The notes: generated by a model not told the origin, from the sequence alone. A stretch of DNA of 32,000 nucleotides from Desulfobulbus propionicus DSM 2032 (GCF_000186885.1 NC_014972.1:3450001-3482000); one strand, 5' to 3'. Shown: positions 18,364 to 27,536, counted from the stretch's first letter. A program made the numbers and translations.

Positions 18364-19119
18364 TTAGGCTTCCCGATGGACGGCCAAGGGGCCGCAGCTC
18401 TGGCAGACCGGCATGACCTCGACCGTGCAGATGTTGACATGCGGCGGCACGCTGGTCACCCAGTGGACGATCTCGGCGATATCGACCGGGGTCAGTGGCT
18501 GGGTGCCCTTGTAGACCGCGTCGGCCTTGTCCTTGTCGCCGTGAAAGCGGACGATGGAAAACTCGCTCTCGGCCAGGCCGGGTTCGATGTTGGTCACCCG
18601 GATCTTGGTATGGATCAGGTCGGTGAGCAGGTTGCGGGAGAACTGTTTGACAAAGGCCTTGGTCGCGCCGTAGACGTTGCCGCCCGGATAGGGGTAGTTG
18701 CCGGCGATCGAACCCATGTTGATGATGTGTCCCTGGTTGCGCGCCACCATGGCCGGCAGCAGGCAGCGGGTCAGGTAGCACAGCCCCTTGATGTTGGTGT
18801 CGATCATGGTTTCCCAGTCGTCGAGGCTGGCCTCGTGCGCCCCCTCCAGACCGAGCGCCAGGCCGGCATTGTTGACCAGGACATCGATGTCGCGAAACCC
18901 CTCGGGCAGGTTGCTGGCCATGGTCTTGACCGCCGCGAGGTCGCGGACATCGAGCTGCACCGCATGCACGGGCACCCCGTGCAACTGGTCCGTCAGTTCT
19001 TGCAGTCGATCGACGCGGCGGCCGGTGACAATCAGCCGCCATCCTTCCCGGGCAAAGCGCTCGGCGCAAGCCTTGCCAAAACCGGAGGTTGCGCCGGTAA
19101 TACAAATGGTTTTTTGCAT
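18364..19119 (-). CDS. ydfG: NADP-dependent short-chain dehydrogenase, YdfG-like (3-hydroxy acid dehydrogenase family)
   Basis: 251 aa from [15 protein letters not shown] (TGxxxGxG). NNAG, YGATKAF (YxxxK) and the C-terminal HVNI...E.MPV.Q are colinear with E. coli YdfG by eye. AAAGGAGAAAG SD. It ends 14 nt before fabB. Confidence 0.88.
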   Translation of the reverse strand: MQKTICITGATSGFGKACAERFAREGWRLIVTGRRVDRLQELTDQLHGVPVHAVQLDVRDLAAVKTMASNLPEGFRDIDVLVNNAGLALGLEGAHEASLDDWETMIDTNIKGLCYLTRCLLPAMVARNQGHIINMGSIAGNYPYPGGNVYGATKAFVKQFSRNLLTDLIHTKIRVTNIEPGLAESEFSIVRFHGDKDKADAVYKGTQPLTPVDIAEIVHWVTSVPPHVNICTVEVMPVCQSCGPLAVHREA

Positions 19120-19285
19120 GATCTTTCTCCTTTCGTGTCCGCTAAGGGAAACAGGTTTGCCTGCAAAAAACAACATTTTTCCAAAAGAGCCTGGAATTCC
19201 TCATGGTTGTGTTTATAGTCCAACCATTGCACCGTGAACAGCAATCGTTATCGACTCAACCAGTTGCCCCCCAAAGGAGAACACC

Positions 19286-19801
19286 ATGCTGAAAAAAAAG
19301 ATGCTCAAGGCACTCAATGACCAGATCAACGCGGAAATGTTTTCATCGTACCTCTACTTGTCCATGGAGTCCTACTTCCAGTCGATCAGCCTGAATGGCT
19401 TTGCCGCTTGGATGCGGGCCCAGGTGCAGGAGGAGCTGATGCACGGGATGAAATTCTACGATTTCGTGTGCGAGCGCGGCGGCAGGGTGACCTTGGAGGC
19501 CATTGCCAAACCGGAATCCACCTGGGCCTCGCCCCTGGCCGCCTTCGAGGCCATCCAGAAGCATGAAGAACATGTGACCAGCCTGATCAATGATCTGGTC
19601 GATCTGGCGATCAGCGAGAAGGATCACGCCACCAACAACTTTCTCCAGTGGTTCGTGTCCGAGCAGGTGGAGGAAGAGGCCAGTGTCGGCGCCATAGTCG
19701 ACAGACTGCGGATGATTCAGGACACCCCCTCCGGGCTGTTCATGATGGATGCGGAGCTGGGCAAGCGGGTCTTCACCATGCCGCAGCCGGCCGCTGAGTA
19801 A
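19286..19801 (+). CDS. ftn: Non-haem ferritin
   Basis: 171 aa. LNDQINAEMFSSYLYLSM, ferroxidase EELMHGMK (ExxH), and KDHATNNFLQWFV.EQVEEE. AAAGGAGAA SD. Confidence 0.92.
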   Translation: MLKKKMLKALNDQINAEMFSSYLYLSMESYFQSISLNGFAAWMRAQVQEELMHGMKFYDFVCERGGRVTLEAIAKPESTWASPLAAFEAIQKHEEHVTSLINDLVDLAISEKDHATNNFLQWFVSEQVEEEASVGAIVDRLRMIQDTPSGLFMMDAELGKRVFTMPQPAAE

Positions 19802-19816
19802 GGCCCGGAGTCCGAC

Positions 19817-20521
19817 GTGGGCAGCCGCGCGATCAAAGCCAGGGTCTTGGAGCTGCTGCGAGGCCAGGATCTTGGCCCCATGCGACACGAGTTGGCCCTG
19901 CTTCCGCCCAAGGATGCGGTCAACGCCTTGTTCCCCCTGATCTGCCGGGAAGAGCCCAGCCTGCGCTGGCGGGCGATCACCTGCATGGGCGAGGCAGTGG
20001 CCCGCCTGGCGGAAATCGAGATGGAAGAGGCTCGAATCGTGATGCGCCGCTTCCTCTGGAGCCTCAACGACGAATCAGGCGGTATCGGCTGGGGCGTTCC
20101 CGAGGCCCTGGCCGAAAGCATGTGCCATCATCCGGTGCTGGCCAAGGAATACGCGCACATGCTGATTTCCTACATGCGGGAGGACGGTGAGGAGATCTGC
20201 CAGGACGGCAACTACATCGAGCATCCGCTGCTGCAGCGGGGGGTGCTGTGGGGCATGGCCCGGCTGAGCGGTTGTCGGCCCGAACTTCTGCGCGAAAAAG
20301 GCGCAGGAGCCGACATTCCGCCCTATCTGCACACCAAGGATGCAGAAACCAGGGCATCGGCCATAGTGGCTTGCGGCAACCTCTACCTGACGGCCACCGA
20401 GGCGACCCTGCGGCAGCTGGCCTTGGACTCGGCCCCGGTGACCCTGTACGGGGAGGGGAAATTCCAGACGACCACCGTCGGCGAGTTGGCGCAGGCGGCG
20501 CTGGAGAGGATGAACGAATGA
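19817..20521 (+). CDS. Hypothetical alpha-helical-repeat (HEAT/armadillo-like) protein
   Basis: 234 aa. GTG start 15 nt after the ferritin stop with GGAG upstream. Repeated helix-turn-helix-like segments (LRWRAITCMGEAVARL; LLQRGVLWGMARL; ETRASAIVACGNL). The stop overlaps the next ATG (ATGA). Function unknown. Confidence 0.65.
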   Translation: MGSRAIKARVLELLRGQDLGPMRHELALLPPKDAVNALFPLICREEPSLRWRAITCMGEAVARLAEIEMEEARIVMRRFLWSLNDESGGIGWGVPEALAESMCHHPVLAKEYAHMLISYMREDGEEICQDGNYIEHPLLQRGVLWGMARLSGCRPELLREKGAGADIPPYLHTKDAETRASAIVACGNLYLTATEATLRQLALDSAPVTLYGEGKFQTTTVGELAQAALERMNE

Positions 20522-21786
20522 CCGCGCCATCGCTTTTTCCTGCGGTGGCCTGCGTGCAGTTCCCGATCGCCTTGGCCGCAGTGGAGCGCAACATCGCCCA
20601 GGCCGAACAGCTGATCGACCGCTACGGGCCCGCCCCGGGCGCCCTGGTGCTCCTGCCCGAAATGTGGGCCACCGGGTTCGATTATCCACGGACCGCGCAA
20701 CTGGGACAGCGCACCCCGGAGGCCCTGGAGGCCATGGAGCGGATGGCGGCCCGTCATCAGGTCTATGTCGCCGGTTCCCTCACCGAACTGGACACAAACG
20801 GCGGCCGGCCGTACAACACCCTGTTTGTGGCCGGGCCGCGGGGTGTGGTGGGCAAATTGTCGAAGCAGCACCTCTTTGCCTTCTGGCAGGAGGATCGTTT
20901 TTACCAGGGCGGCGAGGCCGCGCCGTTGCTACGCACCGCCCACGGCCCCCTGGCCGGGCTGATCTGCTATGATCTCCGCTTCCCCGACGTCGCCCGAAGC
21001 CAGGTGTTTGCCGGCGGCCAGCTCCTGGCGGTGTCGGCGGAATGGCCGCTCAGCCGTCTTGACCACTGGCAGGCCCTGCTGCGGGCCCGGGCCATCGAAA
21101 ATCAGGTCTATGTGGCGGCGGCCAACGGTTGCGGCTGCACCGGCGGCATGGAGATGGCCGGTCACTCGATGATCATCGGCCCGGACGGCGCGGTGCTCAA
21201 GGCCGCCGCTACCGAGGCCACGGTGATCGGCTGTGCCCTGGCTCCCGGAACGGTCGACGAACAGCGGCGCCGCTTCTTTCCCGCGGGCGATCGCCCCTGG
21301 GTGCGTCCCGACCGGGACAAAATCCGCGCCCTGGAACCCCTGCTGGCCGAACTGGCGCTGATCCGCCGTCACGGCAGCCGCATCGCCTTTACCAACGGCT
21401 GCTTCGACATCCTCCATGCCGGCCATGTCAGCTATCTGGAGCACGCCCGCCGTACCGCCGACTGCCTGGTGGTTGGATTGAACACCGACAGCTCGGTACG
21501 GATGCTCAAGGGACCGGGCCGGCCCATGAATCACGAGGCCGACAGGGCCCGGGTGCTGGCGGCATTGGGCTGTGTTGATTTCGTGGTCCTGTTTGCCGAG
21601 GAAACGCCGATCGACCTGATCACGGCCATTCTGCCCGAGGTGCTGGTCAAGGGCGCGGATTACGCCGAAGACCAGATCGTCGGCGCGGCCGAGGTCAAGG
21701 ACGCCGGCGGCCGAGTGGTGCGCATTCCCTTTGAGCACAATCGCTCAACCACCGGCCTGATTGAAAAAATCAGAACATCATCCTGA
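20518..21786 (+). CDS. Fusion protein: carbon-nitrogen hydrolase (nitrilase superfamily) domain + D-glycero-beta-D-manno-heptose-1-phosphate adenylyltransferase (HldE/RfaE domain II)
   Basis: 422 aa. N-terminal E-K-C triad contexts LLPEMW, GKLSKQHLF and GLICYDLRFP (Cys codon 20965-20967). The C-terminal ~140 aa (FTNGCFDILHAGHVSYL, with HAGH at 21415-21426; LVKGADY; STTGLIEKI) match the E. coli HldE C-terminal domain by eye. ATG 20518 overlaps the upstream stop. The 512-aa ORF-track form is rejected. Confidence 0.85.
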   Translation: MTAPSLFPAVACVQFPIALAAVERNIAQAEQLIDRYGPAPGALVLLPEMWATGFDYPRTAQLGQRTPEALEAMERMAARHQVYVAGSLTELDTNGGRPYNTLFVAGPRGVVGKLSKQHLFAFWQEDRFYQGGEAAPLLRTAHGPLAGLICYDLRFPDVARSQVFAGGQLLAVSAEWPLSRLDHWQALLRARAIENQVYVAAANGCGCTGGMEMAGHSMIIGPDGAVLKAAATEATVIGCALAPGTVDEQRRRFFPAGDRPWVRPDRDKIRALEPLLAELALIRRHGSRIAFTNGCFDILHAGHVSYLEHARRTADCLVVGLNTDSSVRMLKGPGRPMNHEADRARVLAALGCVDFVVLFAEETPIDLITAILPEVLVKGADYAEDQIVGAAEVKDAGGRVVRIPFEHNRSTTGLIEKIRTSS

Positions 21787-21826
21787 CCCGTTCCCGGCCG
21801 ATTTCATCAACAACAGAGGAAAATAT

Positions 21827-22018
21827 ATGACAACTTTGCGGATTAACGGCATGAAATGCCAGCACTGCGCGGCAACCGCCAAAAAAGTCTTGGAAGAACT
21901 GGGCGCCAGCGAGGTGACCATCGATCTCGACAAGGGCGAAGCCCGCTTTGCAGGGAGCCTTGACGCGGCCGTGGTGCGACGCGCCATCGCCGCCAAGGGG
22001 TTTACCGTGGTCGATTGA
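21827..22018 (+). CDS. Heavy-metal-associated (HMA) domain protein, CopZ-like metallochaperone
   Basis: 63 aa. MTTLRINGMKCQHCAATAKKVLEEL carries the MxCxxC metal-binding loop in a beta-alpha-beta-beta-alpha-beta sized protein. AGAGGAAAA SD. Confidence 0.8.
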   Translation: MTTLRINGMKCQHCAATAKKVLEELGASEVTIDLDKGEARFAGSLDAAVVRRAIAAKGFTVVD

Positions 22019-22089
22019 TCTCTCCACCAACCAACGCCTAGCACGAGCAGGCTGGCGGCCGGCCGGCCCCCTGCCCGGCAACGATCCGG

Positions 22090-22482
22090 TCAGTGGACCG
22101 TTTCCATTTCGTCGGTCACAAGAAAATGTCCGGCCGCCCTGTGGTTGTTGCAATAACGGATGGTGACACCTTCCAACTCCGACGTGCCGTCCAGGGGCTT
22201 CGATGGTGCGGGGTCATCCAGACAGAACAGGACGGTCACCCGCAGCTCCTGCTGCACGATCACCGACTTGAACACCTGCAGCAACGAACGCAGGCGGGAC
22301 ATCGAAGCCCAATGATCGAATTCGGCCCGCCGCAGATCAAGGACCATTTCACGATAGCTCTGGCCGTAGGTCTCGAGGATCGCGTACTGAATGAGCGGAT
22401 GCACCGCGTGGGCATCGATCCGACCACTGACCTCGATGGTGATGTGGTGTCGCTTGCGATCGATATGGTTGCTGATATGCAT
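22090..22482 (-). CDS. Hypothetical protein, possibly STAS-fold (anti-sigma-antagonist-like)
   Basis: 130 aa with GGAGGG SD. The pattern ITIEVSGRIDAHAV...MVLDLRRAEFDHWASMSRL...RVTVLFCL resembles SpoIIAA/STAS topology, but HWAS replaces the phosphorylatable DSSG. The fold assignment is by eye only. Confidence 0.5.
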   Translation of the reverse strand: MHISNHIDRKRHHITIEVSGRIDAHAVHPLIQYAILETYGQSYREMVLDLRRAEFDHWASMSRLRSLLQVFKSVIVQQELRVTVLFCLDDPAPSKPLDGTSELEGVTIRYCNNHRAAGHFLVTDEMETVH

Positions 22483-22719
22483 GGTGCATTCCCTCCCCGC
22501 CCGGATGGCTGCTCGTTTTGGAAACGATTCGGCTTCACGGCCGCCCTCTTCGGCCTCTCTTTGCCCCCACTCTAATGCAGGCCAGCACGACCGTACAGTA
22601 AGGATGCGGTAAATGTTGCTGCCGGGTCAGGCGCATTGGGGAACAAGCCGATGGAGGACAAAGGACAAGCGCGCCAATACGGCCCTTTTGCAGAATGTAT
22701 CCACTGCCGGCACATCTTG

Positions 22720-22748
22720 TTGACCACCCAAGAAGGCAATGTTATGGT
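22720..22748 (+). promoter_or_regulatory. Putative sigma70-type promoter of the RND operon
   Basis: TTGACC (22720-22725), 17-nt spacer, TATGGT (22743-22748), about 70 nt upstream of the adaptor ATG. Confidence 0.3.
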
Positions 22749-22816
22749 GGCAAATTCGATAACTTGGCGGTTCTGGAGCACTTCCCGGGCCGCTTTTCTT
22801 GTGCTGGGGGCATGGA

Positions 22817-23953
22817 ATGAAAATCAAACCGTTTCTTGTGAGTATCGCGGTGATCGTGGTGGTGGTCGGTGCGCTGGCAGGGACCAAGGTGCTGCAGATC
22901 ACCACCCTAATCAACAAGGGGAAAACAACCGTGGTGCCGCCCGAAGTGGTGACCACCTGCGCGGTCAAGGAGCAGAACTGGGAGTCGCTGGTGACCGCGG
23001 TCGGCTCACTGGAGGCGGTCCAGGGCGTGACCATCACCGCCGAGGTCACCGGCAAGGTGACGGTCATTGCCTTTGAACCGGGGACGCACGTCAAGGCCGG
23101 TGAACTGCTGGTCCAGCAGGACATCGGTACGGAAACCGCGCAGCTGCGCGCGGCCGAGGCGGCGGTGGCCCTGGCCAAGGTGACCTTGGATCGCTCCCGG
23201 AAGATGCTGGCCACCAAAACCGTGCCCGAGGCCAACTATGACAACGCCGAGGCGCAGTACAAGCAGGCCCTGGCACAGGCCGACGCCATCCGCGCCACCA
23301 TCGCCAAGAAGACCATCCGCGCCCCCTTTAGCGGCCTGCTGGGCATTCGCCAGGTGAACATCGGCCAAATCATCAAGGAAGGCGAGCCCATCGTCTCCCT
23401 GCAATCGCTCGACCCGATCTTTGTCAACTTCCTGGTGCCCCAGCAGCAGCTGCCCCTGATCCGAACCGGCTATCCGGTTCGGCTGACATCGGACGGACTG
23501 CCTGACGGGCAGACGATCAACGGTGCCATCACCGCCATCAATCCGGATGTCGATGCCAGCAGCCGCAATATCCGGGTCCAGGCCACCCTCGGCAACCAGG
23601 GCGAGCTCCTCCGGCCGGGGATGTTCGCCAACGTGGCGGTGGTCCTGCCCAAGAAGAGTCCGGTGCTGACCGTGCCGACCACGGCCGTGCTCTATGCGCC
23701 CTATTCCGATTCGGTGTTCATCGTCGAGGAAACCAAGGCCGAGAGCGGTGGCAAGGCTGGCCTGGTGGCGCGTCAGCAGTTTGTCCGCCTTGGAGAAAAA
23801 CGCGGCGATTTCGTGGCCGTGACCTCCGGGCTCAAGCCCGAGCAGACCGTGGTCAGCACCGGGGTGTTCAAGCTGCGTAACGGCCAGGGCGTGGTCGTCG
23901 ACAATACCCTGGCCCCGGAATTCAACCTGGCGCCCCAGCCCAAGGACAGCTGA
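22817..23953 (+). CDS. RND efflux periplasmic adaptor (membrane fusion protein)
   Basis: 378 aa. N-terminal TM anchor, lipoyl/hairpin/beta-barrel motifs (ITAEVTGKV, AGELLVQQD, coiled-coil AQLRAAEAAVALAKV, IRAPFSGLLG, PGMFANV). It ends 3 nt before the pump gene. Confidence 0.9.
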   Translation: MKIKPFLVSIAVIVVVVGALAGTKVLQITTLINKGKTTVVPPEVVTTCAVKEQNWESLVTAVGSLEAVQGVTITAEVTGKVTVIAFEPGTHVKAGELLVQQDIGTETAQLRAAEAAVALAKVTLDRSRKMLATKTVPEANYDNAEAQYKQALAQADAIRATIAKKTIRAPFSGLLGIRQVNIGQIIKEGEPIVSLQSLDPIFVNFLVPQQQLPLIRTGYPVRLTSDGLPDGQTINGAITAINPDVDASSRNIRVQATLGNQGELLRPGMFANVAVVLPKKSPVLTVPTTAVLYAPYSDSVFIVEETKAESGGKAGLVARQQFVRLGEKRGDFVAVTSGLKPEQTVVSTGVFKLRNGQGVVVDNTLAPEFNLAPQPKDS

Positions 23954-23956
23954 GCC

Positions 23957-26900
23957 ATGAAATTCACCGATCTCTTTGTCCAGCGGCCGGTGCTGGCGAT
24001 GGTGACCAGCCTGCTGATCATCATCGCCGGTCTCCAAGCCATCGGCTCGCTCAATGTCCGCCAGTATCCGAAGAGCGACAACGCCGTGGTCACGGTCACC
24101 ACCGTCTACACCGGCGCCAGCGCCGATCTGGTGCGCGGCTTCATCACCACCCCGCTGGAGCGGGCCATTGCCGCCGCCGACGGCATCGACTATCTCCAGT
24201 CACAGAGCGCCCAGGGCGTCTCGACCATCAGTGCCCGCCTGCGCCTCAACTACGACCCGATCAAGGCCCTGTCCGAAATCAGCTCCAAGGTCGACCAGGT
24301 GCGCGGCGACCTGCCGCCCGAGGCCGAGATCCCGATCATCAACGTCGAGTCGGCCGATTCCAAGTTTGCCTCGGCCTATCTCAGCTTTACCTCCGAGCTT
24401 CTCGAGCAGAACGAGATCACCGACTATCTGGTGCGCGTGGTCCAGCCCCGGCTGTCGGCCCTCCAGGGGGTACAGCGGGCCGACGTGCTCGGCGCCCGCA
24501 CCTTTGCCATGCGCATCTGGCTCGATCCCGACCGGATGGCCGCCTTCAACGTCAGTCCGGCCCAGGTCCGCCAAGCCCTGGCGGCCAACAACTTCCTCGC
24601 CGCAGTCGGCAAGACCAAGGGTTCGCTGGTCCAGGTCAATCTGACCGCCAACACCGACATGCGCACGGTGGAGGATTTCAAGCGACTGGTGATTCGCGAG
24701 GACCAGGGCGCCCTGGTGCGGATCGAGGACGTGGGCGAGGTGGTGCTCGGCGCCGAGGATTACGAGAGCGAGGTGCGCTTTTCCGGCCAGACCGCCGTGT
24801 TCATGGGCATCTGGCCCCTGCCCAATGCCAACTCGCTGGAGGTGATCAAGCGGGTGCGAGCCGAAATGGCGGCCATCGACAAGCAGCTGCCCAGCGGCCT
24901 GACGGCGCGCATCGCCTACGACGGCACCGACTACATCGAGAACGCCATCAAGGAGGTGGTCAAGACCCTGAGCGAGACGCTGGTGATCGTGGTGATCATC
25001 ATCTTTCTCTTTCTCGGCTCGCTGCGTTCGGCCCTGATCCCGGTGGTAACCATCCCGCTGTCCTTGATCGGGGCGATGTTTCTCATGCAGGTGTTCGGCT
25101 TCACCATCAACCTGCTGACCCTGCTGGCCATCGTCCTTTCCGTGGGACTGGTGGTCGACGATGCCATTGTCGTGGTCGAAAATGTCGAACGCCATCTCGG
25201 CGAGGGCAAGACCCCGATCGAGGCGGCCCTGCTCAGCGGCCGCGAACTGGTCAACCCGCTGATCTCGATGACCATTACCCTGGCCGCAGTCTATGCACCC
25301 ATCGGCCTGCAGGGCGGGTTGACCGGCTCGCTGTTCCGTGAATTCGCCTTTACCCTCGCCGGGGCAGTGACCATTTCCGGCGTGGTCGCCCTGACCCTGT
25401 CGCCGATGATGTCGTCCCGCCTGCTCAAGGCAGGCATGACCGACCGTGGCCTGGCCGGCAAGATCAAGCGCGATTTCAACCGGCTGCGCATCACCTACGG
25501 CCGTTGGCTGGAGATCACCCTCCGCCACCGGCCGGCGGTCTATGTCCTCTGGATCGTGCTCAGCCTGCTGGCCGTGCCCCTGTTCAAGATGTCCGCCAAG
25601 GAATTGGCCCCCACCGAGGACCAGGGCGTCATCTTCGGGATCATCGATTCCGCGGCCAACTCGACCCTTGACCAGAACAGTCTGTATTCGGCGGCGGTCA
25701 ACCAGGTCTTCCACAGCATTGCCGAAAACAACTTTGTGTTCCAACTCACCGAACCCAGTTCCGGGTTCAGCGGCATGGTGGTCAAACCCTGGCAGGAGCG
25801 CGAGCGGACCATCTTCGAGATCATGCCTGAGGTGGCGATGAAGCTCCATGCCATTCCCGGGGTGCGGGTGCTGCCGGTGACTCCGCCCGCGCTGCCCGGC
25901 GGCGGCCAGTTCCCGGTGGAATTCGTCATCGCCTCCACCGCCGAGCTCGACCAGGTGCTCGCCTTCGCCCATCAGATCCAGACGGCCGCTACCCAGAGCA
26001 AGATGTTCGCCTTCCCGCCGCTGATCGACGTCAAGATCGATCAACCGCAGTCGGAAATCGTCATCGACCGCGACAAGGTGGCCGACATCGGTCTCAACCT
26101 GCAGCAGGTGGGCGTCGATCTGGCGACGATGATGGGCGGCAACTACGTCAACCGCTTCAATATCGCCGGCCGCAGCTACAAGGTGATTCCCCAGGTGATG
26201 CGGGTCGACCGTCTCAATCCGGAACAGTTGAGCACCATCCATGTCACTGGCCCCAATGGCCAATTGGTGCCGCTGTCCACCATCGCCACCCTCAAGAACA
26301 CCACCGAGGCTCGCTCGCTCAACCGCTTCCAACAGCTCAACGCGGTCACCATCAGCGCCTATCCGGTGCGGCCGCTGGACGAGGCGCTGCGCTTTCTGGA
26401 GGACGAGGCGGCCAAGATCCTGCCCCAGGGCTACAGCCTCGACTATACCGGCGAATCCCGCCAGCTCCGCGTCGAGGGCAACACCTTTGTCCAGGCCTTC
26501 GCCTTGGCCATTGTGCTGATTTTTCTGGTGCTCGCGGCCCAGTTCAACAGCTTCCGCGACCCCTTCGTCATCCTGGCCGGTTCGGTACCGCTCGCCATGT
26601 TCGGCGCCCTGATCTTCACCTTCCTCAAGATGCCCGACCCCAATGTCCCCTTCTGGACCAAGGGCTGGACCACGACCTTGAACATCTATTCGCAGGTGGG
26701 GTTGGTGACCTTGGTCGGGCTGGTGTCGAAAAACGGCATTCTCATCGTCGAGTTTGCCAACAAGCTGCAATTACAGGGATTGAGCAAACACTCCGCCGTG
26801 CTTGAAGCCTCCATGACCCGGCTGCGGCCGATCCTGATGACCACCGGCGCCACCATTGCCGGTCATTTTCCGCTCACCCTGGTCACCGGCGCCGGTGCGG

Positions 26901-27049
26901 CGGCACGCAATTCCATCGGTTTGGTCCTGGTGGGCGGGATGGCCATCGGCTCGCTCTTTACCTTGTTTGTGATCCCGTCGATCTACATGCTGGTGGCCAA
27001 GGATCATTCCAGGGAGGCCAGCAAACAAGAAAGAACCGAGGCGGGTTGA
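23957..27049 (+). CDS. RND multidrug efflux permease (AcrB/MdtB/MdtC family)
   Basis: 1030 aa. [17 protein letters not shown]-terminus, 12-TM/two-large-loop organisation, and conserved [15 protein letters not shown] and [15 protein letters not shown]. Confidence 0.95.
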   Translation: MKFTDLFVQRPVLAMVTSLLIIIAGLQAIGSLNVRQYPKSDNAVVTVTTVYTGASADLVRGFITTPLERAIAAADGIDYLQSQSAQGVSTISARLRLNYDPIKALSEISSKVDQVRGDLPPEAEIPIINVESADSKFASAYLSFTSELLEQNEITDYLVRVVQPRLSALQGVQRADVLGARTFAMRIWLDPDRMAAFNVSPAQVRQALAANNFLAAVGKTKGSLVQVNLTANTDMRTVEDFKRLVIREDQGALVRIEDVGEVVLGAEDYESEVRFSGQTAVFMGIWPLPNANSLEVIKRVRAEMAAIDKQLPSGLTARIAYDGTDYIENAIKEVVKTLSETLVIVVIIIFLFLGSLRSALIPVVTIPLSLIGAMFLMQVFGFTINLLTLLAIVLSVGLVVDDAIVVVENVERHLGEGKTPIEAALLSGRELVNPLISMTITLAAVYAPIGLQGGLTGSLFREFAFTLAGAVTISGVVALTLSPMMSSRLLKAGMTDRGLAGKIKRDFNRLRITYGRWLEITLRHRPAVYVLWIVLSLLAVPLFKMSAKELAPTEDQGVIFGIIDSAANSTLDQNSLYSAAVNQVFHSIAENNFVFQLTEPSSGFSGMVVKPWQERERTIFEIMPEVAMKLHAIPGVRVLPVTPPALPGGGQFPVEFVIASTAELDQVLAFAHQIQTAATQSKMFAFPPLIDVKIDQPQSEIVIDRDKVADIGLNLQQVGVDLATMMGGNYVNRFNIAGRSYKVIPQVMRVDRLNPEQLSTIHVTGPNGQLVPLSTIATLKNTTEARSLNRFQQLNAVTISAYPVRPLDEALRFLEDEAAKILPQGYSLDYTGESRQLRVEGNTFVQAFALAIVLIFLVLAAQFNSFRDPFVILAGSVPLAMFGALIFTFLKMPDPNVPFWTKGWTTTLNIYSQVGLVTLVGLVSKNGILIVEFANKLQLQGLSKHSAVLEASMTRLRPILMTTGATIAGHFPLTLVTGAGAAARNSIGLVLVGGMAIGSLFTLFVIPSIYMLVAKDHSREASKQERTEAG

Positions 27050-27206
27050 CGCACCGCCTGCCCCGCCCGTTTTGCTGATTGTTTTTCCGGTTATCCTGAC
27101 AAAAAGCAGGCAAACCCTTTGGATACGGACTGATGGCATGGGCGCGATCTCTCGTGCCCACAGCCTCTCCGGAGCAACCTCGCCATGCACACTATTTTTT
27201 TCTGCC

Positions 27207-27527
27207 ATGAACTGGATTATCCTTCTCGCTGCCGGCCTGCTTGAAGTCGGCTGGGCCATCGGCCTCAAGTATACCGACGGGTTCACCCGCCTGTGGCCTA
27301 CGATCGGCACCGTGCTGGCCATGGTGCTCAGCATGGGTCTGCTCGGCCTGGCGGTCAAGTCGCTGCCCGTGGGCACGGCCTATGCGGTATGGGTCGGGGT
27401 GGGCGCGGTGGGCACCGCTCTTTTGGGGATCGTTCTCTTTGACGAACCGGCCAATCCGGCGCGGCTGCTCAGCCTTGGCCTCATCCTGGCCGGCATCATC
27501 GGCCTCAAGCTGGCCTCGCCCGCCTGA
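27207..27527 (+). CDS. sugE: SMR-family transporter SugE/Gdx (guanidinium exporter subfamily)
   Basis: 106 aa. [42 protein letters not shown] and [13 protein letters not shown] match E. coli SugE almost position for position by eye. Confidence 0.92.
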   Translation: MNWIILLAAGLLEVGWAIGLKYTDGFTRLWPTIGTVLAMVLSMGLLGLAVKSLPVGTAYAVWVGVGAVGTALLGIVLFDEPANPARLLSLGLILAGIIGLKLASPA

Positions 27528-27536
27528 AATCAAGAA

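Noticed and set aside
17102-19218. Plus-strand ORFs (263 and 280 aa) opposite fabB and the SDR, and the 654-aa extended form of the fabB ORF
   Set aside because: These are shadow frames. The 654-aa form only arises because the fabB frame stays open upstream across the SDR gene. FabB homology begins exactly at the ATG at 18349, which has its own SD.
19234-19252. Possible Fur box upstream of ferritin (GTGAACAGCAATCGTTATC)
   Set aside because: Only 12 of 19 positions match GATAATGATAATCATTATC. Just the 3' half (AATCGTTATC) is convincing, so this is insufficient without a species-specific matrix.
20248-20517. 90-codon N-terminal extension of the fusion-protein ORF
   Set aside because: It overlaps the HEAT-like gene in another frame, is R/G-rich, and precedes the ATG at 20518. 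That ATG gives a classic ATGA coupling and marks the start of C-N hydrolase similarity.
22765-22780. Sigma54-like element TGGCGG-N5-GAGCA upstream of the RND adaptor
   Set aside because: The -24 GG and -12 GC are spaced correctly, but the conserved TTGC of the -12 box is GAGC. No enhancer-binding protein gene is nearby. The sigma70-like TTGACC-N17-TATGGT is a better fit.
24200-26770. 856-aa minus-strand ORF inside the RND pump gene
   Set aside because: Antisense to an unmistakable AcrB-family gene, with the same low-complexity G/D/E/H/Q composition. It is an artefact of GC-rich codon usage.
27050-27206. Searched for a guanidine riboswitch upstream of sugE/gdx
   Set aside because: I found no ykkC core (GGGA/ACGG.GGGA..CCCGGGAG), no pair of ACGR-tetraloop hairpins, and no ykkC-III pseudoknot consensus by eye. 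The single ACGG occurrence (GGATACGGACT) is not in a hairpin loop. This needs a covariance-model scan to be definitive.
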